Below, piece by piece: positions 29,001-36,960 of a stretch of DNA of 64,000 nucleotides; within the stretch, counting starts at the first letter, position 1; each line of letters begins with the position of its first letter. The notes beneath the pieces were generated by a model. It saw only the letters and a list, made by a program, of their open reading frames with translations. It ran no database searches and was not told the origin of the DNA. A program made the position numbers and the translations under genes. The stretch is from Patescibacteria group bacterium (GTDB lineage Bacteria; Patescibacteriota; Patescibacteriia; 2-01-FULL-39-33), in assembly GCA_041650895.1 (NCBI GenBank), contig JBAZKF010000001.1:17685-81684 (forward strand). Reading direction: 5' to 3'.

Positions 29001-29029
29001 GAATTCAGGTCGGCTAATTGATTATTCAT
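26021..29029 (-). CDS. UvrD/PcrA-type helicase fused to a C-terminal Cas4/AddB-like PD-(D/E)XK Fe-S nuclease
   Basis: Walker A AGAGTGKTTV, UvrD motifs; C-terminal CPYQYRF...DYKTG...CKWCDYNGIC four-Cys nuclease signature. Confidence 0.8.
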   Translation of the reverse strand: MNNQLADLNSSQKDAVLHDSGPLLIIAGAGTGKTTVITRKIAYLIMEKNIHAEEILALTFTEKAASEMEERVDQLLPLGYNDLWISTFHAFCERILKEYGLEIGLPADFRLLTQTEQWLLVRQNLDRFNLKHYRPLGNPTKFIHDLLKLFSRAKDEEISADAYLEYAENLKLNCDSADFLKSIIKEGGQEDLSPTEIAALKTEEIAKQLEIADAYHTYQQLLLENNALDFGDLINYTLKLFKTRKTVLYKYRSQFKYILVDEFQDTNWAQYELVKLLAEPKNNLTVVGDDDQSIYKFRGASVSNILQFKDDFPGAKEILLTDNYRSCQNILDLSYNFIQRNNPDRLEAKLSKGQKKLSKKLATHLAGVGEINHLHGQTIADEAKAVVDKIIELYNSNKETKWSDFAILVRANASADNFCYLLESANIPYIFMASRGLYGKKIILDIMNWFKVLDDYRENIAMFRVLSLPAWQINLTDFGTLNYQAGKHAWSLFEAAKQNSLLSGLSEEGRKKLLKIAGLIEAQTARAQAGARPTELCQEFLEATGYLKRLTAKDNLENRQELNYLNQFYRKMQMFEKDNLDHSLNNFRALMELELEAGEEGALAPNLEDLSPDSVRIMTVHSAKGLEFKYVFIANLVDRKFPSGSRNDRLELPTALTKEILPEGDAHLQEERRLFYVAMTRAKQGLYFSSAEDYGGARTKKLSRFLLELNEDGFALAATTLAVSGSDLLSTVKSKAVDESLPSGNKPLLPTISFTQLKSFESCPYQYRFAHILRLPIKGKPVFSFGKTMHSTMQKFFILARTKAEAKQKNLFGETGESLEISWDEVKDLYEMSFVDEWYPDVLTKRKYHDHGLDCLKNFFGHWQQTPTLALELEKGFTVKLAPEVSVRGAIDRIDEVNGGLRLIDYKTGSPKKKLETDDKDQLLIYQLAAEQILRQPVKELAYYYFDNNSELSFLGTAKELEKMKEKIIDTVTKIKRGKFPPQPSENTCKWCDYNGICDFRA

Positions 29030-29161
29030 GGATATACTTTAACATATTTTACTTGTCTTACCAAGGTCTTAACTCTTAATATTTTAAGTGATAAAATATT
29101 GTTATTAATTAATTTGGCGTTGTAACAGTAGATTAACAGAAGCAAAGGAAAGGATTAGAAA

Positions 29162-29431
29162 ATGGCGGAGAACATCGGAATCAAGCGAAAAAGCGGACAG
29201 GTCAAAGATGGAAAATGGTTAGTGTTGACAGAAAGTACTGGTGAGCCGGGCGTGGGTTTTCGGCATAGTTGTGGCGCGGAAATTATGGCGCAACAAGTCG
29301 CTCGTCCCATTTGGGATGGGCCATTTCCCCTTTCTGGCAGTGGCCGGTGCAGTTATGAGAAAGTTCCTTATTGTCCACAATGCGAAGAGATACCAAACTA
29401 TCATGGCGCACCGATAACTCCTCGGAGTTAA
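29162..29431 (+). CDS. small Cys4 zinc-ribbon-like protein
   Basis: 89 aa, AAGGAAAGGA Shine-Dalgarno, HSCGAE...CPQCEE; followed by a strong terminator. Confidence 0.4.
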   Translation: MAENIGIKRKSGQVKDGKWLVLTESTGEPGVGFRHSCGAEIMAQQVARPIWDGPFPLSGSGRCSYEKVPYCPQCEEIPNYHGAPITPRS

Positions 29432-29457
29432 TTTTTCTAAATAAAGTACCAACTATG

Positions 29458-29487
29458 AACGGGATGACACTATCATCCCGTTTTTTT
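29458..29487 (+). terminator. intrinsic terminator
   Basis: ACGGGATGA-CACTA-TCATCCCGT followed by TTTTTTT. Confidence 0.6.
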
Positions 29488-29569
29488 ATTTGATATGTCG
29501 TAGATATTTGAATTAGTACGCGTTAGTTTTTTTATTTGAGTTAAGACAAAACAAAAATCACGTCCATAG

Positions 29570-29640
29570 CTCGGGGACAGGGGCTCGAACCCCGATTAAC
29601 GGCTTCAAAGGCCGCTGTCCTACCATTAGACGATCCCCGA
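29570..29640 (-). tRNA. tRNA-Gln (anticodon UUG)
   Basis: cloverleaf folded by hand: U1-A72 acceptor, D-arm GTCT/GGAC, anticodon loop CUUUGAA, T-loop TTCGAGC; 71 nt, no encoded CCA. Confidence 0.8.
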
Positions 29641-29712
29641 GTTATAGACGCGATTTTTCATTAACGCCTTATCTGGTTTTAATTATTTGCTTCGGGGCAA
29701 AGCCCCTGTCCA
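29623..29712. repeat. 90-bp direct repeat copy A (tRNA-Gln leader plus first 18 nt of the tRNA)
   Basis: one mismatch versus copy B; contains hairpin GGGGC-AAA-GCCCC. Confidence 0.8.
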
Positions 29713-29806
29713 GGGTTGGCGTCCAATCTGCCACTGGCAGATTGTCCGACGCTCGACTGCGTCTACCGATTGGTCTCGCTTCCAACCAGTCGCAGATTAC
29801 TGCGAC

Positions 29807-29896
29807 CCATTAGACGACCCCCGAGTTATAGACGCGATTTTTCATTAACGCCTTATCTGGTTTTAATTATTTGCTTCGGGGCAAAGCCCCTGTCCA
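29807..29896. repeat. 90-bp direct repeat copy B, heading a 94-nt structured non-tRNA insert
   Basis: same leader plus TCGGGGGTCGTCTAATGG, then perfect hairpins GTCGCAG-TAAT-CTGCGAC and CAATCTGC-CAGTG-GCAGATTG instead of a tRNA body. Confidence 0.8.
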
Positions 29897-29903
29897 AAAT
29901 GTT

Positions 29904-30026
29904 TTACTTATTGTAAGGCCGGCCAGTCACTTTGGTTTCAAACTTCTTTTTTTTGGCGCTTTTTTTATCTTCCAGTTTAACTAAGCGAGGCACTTTGATT
30001 TTCGGATCTCTTTTTCTTTTTGCCAT
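29904..30026 (-). CDS. possible 40-aa highly basic peptide
   Basis: MAKRKRDPKIKVPRLVKLEDKKSAKKKKFETKVTGRPYNK; no clear Shine-Dalgarno. Confidence 0.2.
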   Translation of the reverse strand: MAKRKRDPKIKVPRLVKLEDKKSAKKKKFETKVTGRPYNK

Positions 30027-30179
30027 ATGATTTTATTATTCTGAGACAAAATGGGATAATCTCGGATTGTGGAGATTATTGATTTTGCTTTTATTTTAAT
30101 TTTAACCTGTATTTGATTCTAACAAATTTATTGCCATTTGGCAAGATTTTGCCAAAAAAAAGAGCCCCCGTAACTCTAG

Positions 30180-31010
30180 TCTCACACCCATGAAACATTA
30201 CTATTTATTGGTGTGTGGCCGGTTGGCGGGGGGTATAAAGGAAGGTGCTATTTCGAGTAGTGGCGGGGATCGGGGCGCCCTTCTGGCATCTCGGCCGAGT
30301 CCGGAAACGGCTCCACGTGCATGCCCAATGCATGCGACAATTCTTGAGCCGTGACATGCGAGAGCTCCGCTAAACACCGCGCAGATGCCTATTTTACTAT
30401 CTCATTATGGCAGCGCGCGATTGACAGGTGCGGACCTTATTTCACAGAATCTCCGGATAGTTCGGGCCACATCTCGCGCCCCGATCCCCAAATTTTAGCC
30501 GGTGGTGATTATTCCTGAGGGGCCCGGCTTTGCCCCTAAGTACATCGTTTTCTCTTTGGCACGGGGTTTCACTCCGTTTTTTGGTGGCCGATTTCGTTAG
30601 GCCTTTTTCTGGGCCGGCTTAACGCACCGCTTTCACTAATGGTCGGTGCGCCTAACCATCTGGCAACATGGTCGGGATACTCCCAAATCGGGTAGTCCCC
30701 TGCTATATTTTTATTCAAGTTGCCAGTTCGTTAGCCTAGGTAACTACACGAATCCTACGGGATAGCGACTCATTATGAGCCCTCCAGTAATTTTGGCCGA
30801 CGTTGGCCACGCGCCATTCTAACTGTCCGGATGGTCGCCAAAGGCGAGCCCCGGAAAAAAACGATACTACTGCTGACTGTTAAGGAGCTTAGTGAGACGA
30901 GACGGAAGCGGCCCTTTGGGCCTAGGAATGGAACGATAATGGTTGGTTCCTCCACTTTCCGTCTCGTCTCACCTTGAGCTTCAATCATATCACATCGTGA
31001 ATATTTTGTC
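30180..31010. other. ~0.8-kb GC-rich, ORF-free segment with several perfect long-range inverted repeats (candidate large structured ncRNA or gene-less mobile-element relic)
   Basis: about 60% GC versus an AT-rich genome; stems GGGGATCGGGGCGC/GCGCCCCGATCCCC (14 bp, about 200 nt apart), GTGAGACGAGACGGAAAG/CTTTCCGTCTCGTCTCAC (18 bp), CTGGCAAC/GTTGCCAG, CGCACCG/CGGTGCG; dense stops in all frames. Confidence 0.4.
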
Positions 31011-31190
31011 AATAGCTTTATCCACAGGTTAACTATAAACAATTAAAATTTAATCTAAATTTAGCTAAAATAAATTAGATTAATTTATGATTAAAATACC
31101 GATAATCCGTTATGGGCGGACTTATCACAGTAAATGTAAGTTCAATGACAGGCTTGCTCCAATAGCGTCTATCAGTTAGAATGAAGTTAT

Positions 31191-31787
31191 ATGTCCGAAT
31201 CAAATATCAAAATTCTTATTGAAAAGTTTGCCAGATTTCCCTCAATTGGCCCAAAAACAGCCGAGAGGATGGTGTATTATCTGTTAAAACAAGCGCCGGA
31301 AAGGATGGATGAGTTGGCTTTGGCCATTTCTCAACTCAGAAATAGCGTTACCACCTGCAGTATTTGCTTCAATTTTAGCGAATCCAATCCTTGTCCGATC
31401 TGCGCCGATTCCAGGCGCGATCGTCGGGTCATTTGTATCGTGGCCAAACCGCAAGACATTTCGGCCATAGAGAAAACCGGTTCATACAATGGCGTTTATC
31501 ATGTCCTGGGTGGTAACATTAATCCGTTGGAGAACATCATGCCCGAGAACCTGCGGCTCAAGGAACTTTTAGCCAGGATTAAAGATAACGAGGTGTGCGA
31601 GTTGATTTTAGCTTTAAATCCTGATATGATCGGTGGGACCACTTCTATTTATCTGTCTAAATTGTTAAAGCAGTTCTCCCATGTGACAGTAACGCGTTTG
31701 GCGCGCGGTCTGCCCATGGGCGCCGATTTAGAGTATGCTGATGAAGTAACATTAGAAAGCGCTATCTCCGGCCGCAGGGAAGTATAA
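31191..31787 (+). CDS. recR: recombination protein RecR
   Basis: HhH N-terminus FPSIGPKTAERM, C4 zinc finger CSICFNFSESNPCPIC, Toprim domain. Confidence 0.9.
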   Translation: MSESNIKILIEKFARFPSIGPKTAERMVYYLLKQAPERMDELALAISQLRNSVTTCSICFNFSESNPCPICADSRRDRRVICIVAKPQDISAIEKTGSYNGVYHVLGGNINPLENIMPENLRLKELLARIKDNEVCELILALNPDMIGGTTSIYLSKLLKQFSHVTVTRLARGLPMGADLEYADEVTLESAISGRREV

Positions 31788-31804
31788 ATTAAAAAACAAC
31801 CGGT

Positions 31805-32284
31805 TTAAACCGGTTGTTTTTTAATCGCGTCTTTTTTTTCGTAATGTTCTTTTTCCGCTTCAGAAAACATTTTTGCCCCGCGTTTGAATTCATCAATTAG
31901 TATGTCAATAAAATCATTGAATATTTGGCAATGCTTCTGATCGGTTTGCAGTTTTCTGTCTCTTAAACTTAAGATTATGTCGCTGTTTCTTCTTTGCGCA
32001 AATTCCAAAACATTAGTCATAGCTGAATTAATCCGACGGATAAGATCTCTTTTTTCCTCATCGGGCAGATTTTCATTTTCTAACATACCCAGTAGTTCTT
32101 CATAGATTTCATAAAAATGACCAATGGCGGTTTTTCGGGCAATTTCTATATCCTCATCGTTGATGTAAGAGTTGCGTTCTTTTGCCTGAGAAACCCAATC
32201 GGTGAAGAATTCCTCTTTCCCCCATTTGGTGTCGGGCATGATATCTTCCACTAAAGAAATTTCTTTTCCTTCAAAAATAGCCAT
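31805..32284 (-). CDS. hypothetical protein
   Basis: 159-aa acidic ORF upstream of rluB on the same strand. Confidence 0.45.
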   Translation of the reverse strand: MAIFEGKEISLVEDIMPDTKWGKEEFFTDWVSQAKERNSYINDEDIEIARKTAIGHFYEIYEELLGMLENENLPDEEKRDLIRRINSAMTNVLEFAQRRNSDIILSLRDRKLQTDQKHCQIFNDFIDILIDEFKRGAKMFSEAEKEHYEKKDAIKKQPV

Positions 32285-32288
32285 AAAT

Positions 32289-32972
32289 TTATGATAAAAA
32301 AGCTTTTTGAGGCGTTATTATTTGATATTCCCCTTCTTTTAATCCTCCCAATTTCAGTTTGCCTATTCTAATTCTTTTTAAATCCTTCACTTCGTAACCC
32401 AGTTGTTCGGCCATGCGGCGGATTTGGCGATTGACGCCTTCTTTCAGAATCAAAGTTACTTGGTTGCCTCGCTGTTTTACGATTTTTATCGGTTGGAGTT
32501 TTTTGCCGTCCAAAATCAATCCCCGCTCTATTTTTTGTGCGTCGGTTTTATTCAGAGGCCGATCCAGCTCAACTTTGTATTCTTTTTCGTGGCCGAACTT
32601 GGCTTGGGTCAAGCGATAGGCGAAATCGCCGTCATTGGTTAGGATAATCAGCCCGCGCGAATCTTTGTCCAGCCGTCCGACCGGATAGATGCGTTGCTTG
32701 ATTTTAACTAAATCCAATACCGACTTGCCTTGCGAACCGGTGGAAGAAGTGATATATCCCATGGGCTTGTTAAGCGCCAGATAGATTTTCTTCGTTTCTG
32801 CCGCCAGTTTCTTGCCGGCTAACTCCACTGTGTCATTGTTTTCATCAATTGCCAAGCCCAAATCCTTGACGCTTTGGCCGTTGACTTTCACCTTGCCGGC
32901 CTTAATCAGCTCATCGGCTTTCCGTCGCGAGCACACGCCAGCTTGAGCAATGTATTTGTTTAAACGAATCAT
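32289..32972 (-). CDS. pseudouridine synthase, RsuA/RluB family
   Basis: S4 domain N-terminus MIRLNKYIAQAGVCSRRKADELI and catalytic VGRLDKDSRGLI motif. Confidence 0.85.
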   Translation of the reverse strand: MIRLNKYIAQAGVCSRRKADELIKAGKVKVNGQSVKDLGLAIDENNDTVELAGKKLAAETKKIYLALNKPMGYITSSTGSQGKSVLDLVKIKQRIYPVGRLDKDSRGLIILTNDGDFAYRLTQAKFGHEKEYKVELDRPLNKTDAQKIERGLILDGKKLQPIKIVKQRGNQVTLILKEGVNRQIRRMAEQLGYEVKDLKRIRIGKLKLGGLKEGEYQIITPQKAFLS

Positions 32973-33006
32973 AATTTTTCGTCATTGTGAACGGAGTCAG
33001 TCCCTT

Positions 33007-33093
33007 GTCATTTCGACCGGATCGAAGCGGAGTGGAGAAATCGCTTGCATTTAATTAATAACCAAGGGATTTCTCGACTACGCTCGAAATGAC
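33007..33093 (-). promoter_or_regulatory. ~87-nt imperfect long hairpin in the rluB leader / GT2 3'UTR
   Basis: GTCATTTCGA...GAGAAATC // GATTTCTC...TCGAAATGAC nested inverted repeats. Confidence 0.35.
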
Positions 33094-33130
33094 ACTGTGG
33101 TCGCATTTTAGAATACGAAAATAAAATAAA

Positions 33131-33814
33131 TTAAATTCCATGTTTTTCTTGCACAATCTTTTTCCACTTCTCATAATTTTCTTTAGCCGGCAACTTCAGC
33201 CAAGGCAACTTGTACACAAACGATGGCAGCCATTGGCTCATGGTTCCGCCGGTCGTGACTTTAAACAATACTTCGGGAATAAAGACGCCCTTGCCGCCTC
33301 TTTCGGCCAGAGTTAAAAACAGATCCCAGTCTTGGAATTTTTTTAAGGTCGCATCAAAGCCGGGAAGTTTTTCCCGCCTAATTAAAGAGCAAGTATGAAT
33401 ATATGGCTGCTGTTTTAATTTTTCCGCATCAAACGGCCAGAGTTTGAATTTTTTCCAGCCCCAAAGGAATTGGCTGTAAGCAAAGCTGGCTTCGGATATG
33501 GTCTTAAGCGCCAAATGCATTTTTTCTAAGGCCTGGGGCTTAAGAACGATATCAGCGTCAACAAAAATCACTTCCTTACCGGAAGATTGGCTGAAACCGT
33601 AGTTACGCGCCGCCGGAGCGCCTTTGTTTTCTTGGTTCAAGATGGTTAAACGATGACTGCAAGTGGTTAAAGCTAAAAGCAAATCATCGGTGGATCCGTC
33701 GTTGACTATAATAATCTCGTAATCCTTAAAGGTTTGGTTAAAGATGCTGTCTAAGCAGGCGGTGATGGTCTTGCTGGCGTTATATGCCGGGATGATGATG
33801 GATATTTGCGGCAT
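33131..33814 (-). CDS. family 2 glycosyltransferase
   Basis: MPQISIIIPAYNASKTITACLDSI...VNDGSTDD GT-A motifs. Confidence 0.8.
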   Translation of the reverse strand: MPQISIIIPAYNASKTITACLDSIFNQTFKDYEIIIVNDGSTDDLLLALTTCSHRLTILNQENKGAPAARNYGFSQSSGKEVIFVDADIVLKPQALEKMHLALKTISEASFAYSQFLWGWKKFKLWPFDAEKLKQQPYIHTCSLIRREKLPGFDATLKKFQDWDLFLTLAERGGKGVFIPEVLFKVTTGGTMSQWLPSFVYKLPWLKLPAKENYEKWKKIVQEKHGI

Positions 33815-33817
33815 AGC

Positions 33818-34933
33818 TTAATTATCAATTGTATTTTTGATTTTTTCAATTTGTTTGCTCCAATCAAACTCTCGCGCTCTTTTTTGTCCGGCCTCTGTCA
33901 GGCGTCGCCACAATTCCCGATCGGTGGCGATTTTAATTATCGCCTCTTTTATCTCTCTAGTGATCTGCGGGTCAACTAGAATGCCGGTCACCCCGCCTAT
34001 TACCGCCTCCTTGGAACCGCCGAATTTTGACGCGATGACGGCGGTTTTGGTCGCTGCGGCTTCCAGATAACCAATACCGAAGCCCTCGGGTTTTAATGAT
34101 GCTGTAACATAAATATGAGCTAATTGCAAGTAAAAAGCTTTAGCCTCAGGAATATTAGTCACTTCTCCGGCGAAGATTACATTGTATTTCAATCCTAATT
34201 GTTGAGCTAAGTTTTTTAATTTTTCTTCTTGCGAACCGCCGCCGACGATAATATATTTGAGTTCCGGCACGACAGATAACAGTTCTGGCATTATTTTAAT
34301 AATTGCTTCAATGTTTTTTTCCGGCTCCAGCCGGCACATGGACAGCATAATAGTGTCATTGTCATCCAGCCCCAACAGCTTTTTCTTACCGGCAAAATCT
34401 TCGTCCGGCTTATTGAGTGCTTCATAGTTGATGCCCGGATAAATTACTGTTACCTTCTGTTTGTTGCCGATTAATTTACTTATTTCCTCGCCCAGATATT
34501 CGCTATTGGCGATAAATTTGCGACATAAGGGGCTGTTATAGACTTGTTTCAGCATCCTTTTTTGCCACCAATTGTTGCCTATTTGGGTAATGTCCGTGCC
34601 ATGGGTAAAGACATAAAATGGCAGTTTAAATTTGCCGGCTAAAGAATTATAAGGGTGGAAATGGCCAAAAATTAACCGTTCTATTTTTTCTGTTTGGATG
34701 ATACCGCTAATGTCTTTGGCCAGCGGCCGCCAGCGTGGCGGGATTTTGCCACTAAAAAAATCAGTGCGGTAAATGTGGTAAGGTTGAGTTTGATCAAATT
34801 CTTTCTCCCCCGCTTGAGCTTGCGCCAGGACGCAAATCTCGGCCGGCGCCAAACGCGACAGCAGGTTAAGGTAATAATTTTGCACTCCCCCGGCTTGTGG
34901 CGGGAAAAAGTTGGTAATTAGCAGTTTTTTCAT
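33818..34933 (-). CDS. family 4 (GT-B) glycosyltransferase
   Basis: EGFGIGYLEAAATKTAVIAS retaining GT4 motif. Confidence 0.8.
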   Translation of the reverse strand: MKKLLITNFFPPQAGGVQNYYLNLLSRLAPAEICVLAQAQAGEKEFDQTQPYHIYRTDFFSGKIPPRWRPLAKDISGIIQTEKIERLIFGHFHPYNSLAGKFKLPFYVFTHGTDITQIGNNWWQKRMLKQVYNSPLCRKFIANSEYLGEEISKLIGNKQKVTVIYPGINYEALNKPDEDFAGKKKLLGLDDNDTIMLSMCRLEPEKNIEAIIKIMPELLSVVPELKYIIVGGGSQEEKLKNLAQQLGLKYNVIFAGEVTNIPEAKAFYLQLAHIYVTASLKPEGFGIGYLEAAATKTAVIASKFGGSKEAVIGGVTGILVDPQITREIKEAIIKIATDRELWRRLTEAGQKRAREFDWSKQIEKIKNTIDN

Positions 34934-36516
34934 AATTCGCTTTTCCCTTTAAAATCCCTCACTAAGTCTTTAAACGAGCCCAAACGGAACAAGCCCAAGG
35001 CGTAGGCCGCGGCAAAATAAGTCATACCGCCAACGGCAATTGCCACAATAAAATGTGTTCGTTCCTTAAGCAACCAGACCGCTAAATACATTATAAGGCA
35101 GGCTAGAAGAATTTTTGAGGCCGACCAAAGCAGGAATTTCCAGTCATAATCAATCACTTGGCCGACAACAATAGTACCCAAGCCGAATAATAAAGCATAG
35201 CTGGCAATATTGGCTATGGCCGATCCGTTATAACCCCAGATAGGAATCAGGATTAGATTGGCGATGAAAGAAAAGCCGGCCACTATTCCCAGATGCCAAG
35301 TGTTTCTGGCTTGGCGATCGCAGGCATTGAGCATGGCGCCGACGGGAAAACACAAGAAGACGAAAACCAATGACAGCATTAGGATATCCAGGGGTAAAAC
35401 AGAAGCCGTATAATGGTTGCCAAAAACCGGACCAATTACCTTGTCAGCGATGGAAATTACGCCAATAGATATGGGTAAAGAAAAAAACATCAGCCAATAC
35501 ATGGATTTGACAAAAAGTTTGGATAATTTTTCCTTGCTGTGGGCGAAGTAATTGGCGAATGCCGGGTAGATTGAAGCGGAAAAAGCCAGGGCGATGAATT
35601 GCAGAGCAAAGGCCACCTTAAAAGCCACGGAATAGATGCCCACGGCGTAATCTCCGGCCAGCTTTGATAGCAAGACAATATCAATGGCTGAAAAAATACG
35701 ATTAAAAATTCCAGCTAAGGCAAAAGGAATGGAAATAAGCACTAATTGCCTGATTGTCAGCCAGTCAAAAGAAAAAATTATCGGCACACTATATTTGTGG
35801 CGTAAATTAATTGTGGACCATAAAAAATTGATCAGACTGCCTAAAACATAAACAGCCATTACCCAGGTCAGCGGCGCGCCACAGAACAATAATCCTCCGC
35901 CAATAATTAAAACCGTTAGTTGATTAATGATAACTCCCAAACTTTCATACATGAGATCCTGGTGTCCGCGCAGAGTGCCATAGACGCTTAATGAAAGTGA
36001 ATCTAACAGCATGACAAAACCGGAAATATACACTAGCGACTTAGTGAGCGGTGGATAACCCAGAATATTAACCAGAATCACAATAATCAAATAAACCAAG
36101 GCCGAAGCTACGAGTTTATAACCGAGGATATTGGCGAGGTATTTGGCGGAATGTTCGCGATTCTTGGCCACTTCGCGGATCAGTACTTGGGTCAGTCCTA
36201 AATCCAAGAACATGGCAAAAATGGAGGTAAAGCTCAAAGCAAAAGTAAATCTTCCTTGATCGGCCACGCCGATGGAACGCGCTAAGATAATGAAATATAA
36301 AAACGACAGCGCCTTTTGGACAGCCAGTGATGCGCTGTAAAAAAAAGTATTTTTGGCTAAACTTCTGTTGGACATAATGGCAATCAGACGATAAGTCAGG
36401 AGTATTAAAACATATGAATTATACCATAAAAATAAGCAAAAAATAAAGCCCGCTAAAGATAGTGGTAGCGGGCGGGAAAGGTGCAAAATGTTGCGATTAT
36501 GATTCTGCCGGCGCAT
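34930..36516 (-). CDS. polysaccharide biosynthesis flippase, MOP/Wzx family (start uncertain; alternative ATG at 36375)
   Basis: 12-14 TM protein; SLAKNTFFYSASLAVQKALSFL is a Wzx-like N-terminus. Confidence 0.6.
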   Translation of the reverse strand: MRRQNHNRNILHLSRPLPLSLAGFIFCLFLWYNSYVLILLTYRLIAIMSNRSLAKNTFFYSASLAVQKALSFLYFIILARSIGVADQGRFTFALSFTSIFAMFLDLGLTQVLIREVAKNREHSAKYLANILGYKLVASALVYLIIVILVNILGYPPLTKSLVYISGFVMLLDSLSLSVYGTLRGHQDLMYESLGVIINQLTVLIIGGGLLFCGAPLTWVMAVYVLGSLINFLWSTINLRHKYSVPIIFSFDWLTIRQLVLISIPFALAGIFNRIFSAIDIVLLSKLAGDYAVGIYSVAFKVAFALQFIALAFSASIYPAFANYFAHSKEKLSKLFVKSMYWLMFFSLPISIGVISIADKVIGPVFGNHYTASVLPLDILMLSLVFVFLCFPVGAMLNACDRQARNTWHLGIVAGFSFIANLILIPIWGYNGSAIANIASYALLFGLGTIVVGQVIDYDWKFLLWSASKILLACLIMYLAVWLLKERTHFIVAIAVGGMTYFAAAYALGLFRLGSFKDLVRDFKGKSEL

Positions 36517-36829
36517 TAGTCATAGCGTCATAGAATTTCCAATCAATACCGGACAGTAAGATGGAGGTAGAAGAGTTGCCGCAGATTAGGGCAAAAATCG
36601 GAAAGAGCCGCGGGAGTTCCTTGGGGCAGTGCTTAAGGCAATTGGAATAGAGCTCCGATATGATCTGTTGCAAACAACCGACGCAGATTTTAGTATCTTT
36701 GTCAACCAATTGCGCTCGTTTGACCATTAAAGCGGACATTAATTCTTGTAGAATCATTTGTCGTTCATGTGGTTTAGCGGATTGTTTTGCCGCCTTGACC
36801 AGTAATTCGTAGATTCTTTCTTCAGTCAT
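36497..36829 (-). CDS. hypothetical protein
   Basis: 110-aa ORF with CVGC/CLKHC pairs. Confidence 0.4.
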   Translation of the reverse strand: MTEERIYELLVKAAKQSAKPHERQMILQELMSALMVKRAQLVDKDTKICVGCLQQIISELYSNCLKHCPKELPRLFPIFALICGNSSTSILLSGIDWKFYDAMTNAPAES

Positions 36830-36960
36830 GGCGGGTACCTCCTAAGGTTAACAACCTGGCTTAACTTTAGCAGATCTAAACCTTAGTGGCAATTAAGTTA
36901 TCCCCCAAGATAAAAAGCGTCCGCAATGGACGCTTGTAATTAAAGTTCTCTTATTAGCGA

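Noticed and set aside
2920-29500. Short ORFs from the six-frame track overlapping confident genes on the opposite strand (for example 3587-3787, 3941-4222, 5008-5509, 8335-9665, 10267-11025, 18034-19188)
   Set aside because: They are fully embedded in well-supported genes with recognisable families, lack a Shine-Dalgarno, and have low-complexity translations; treated as antisense noise.
30180-30560. Considered tmRNA (ssrA) for the GC-rich structured segment next to tRNA genes
   Set aside because: No tRNA-like T-loop (GGTTCGAnTCC) on either strand, no GGGG 5' end pairing with a CCACCA-proximal 3' end, and no plausible tag reading frame ending in ...LAA stop.
30753-30762. 10-nt match TCCTACGGGA to the universal 16S rRNA 338-357 region
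   Set aside because: Isolated short match with no other rRNA signature sequences nearby; regarded as chance.
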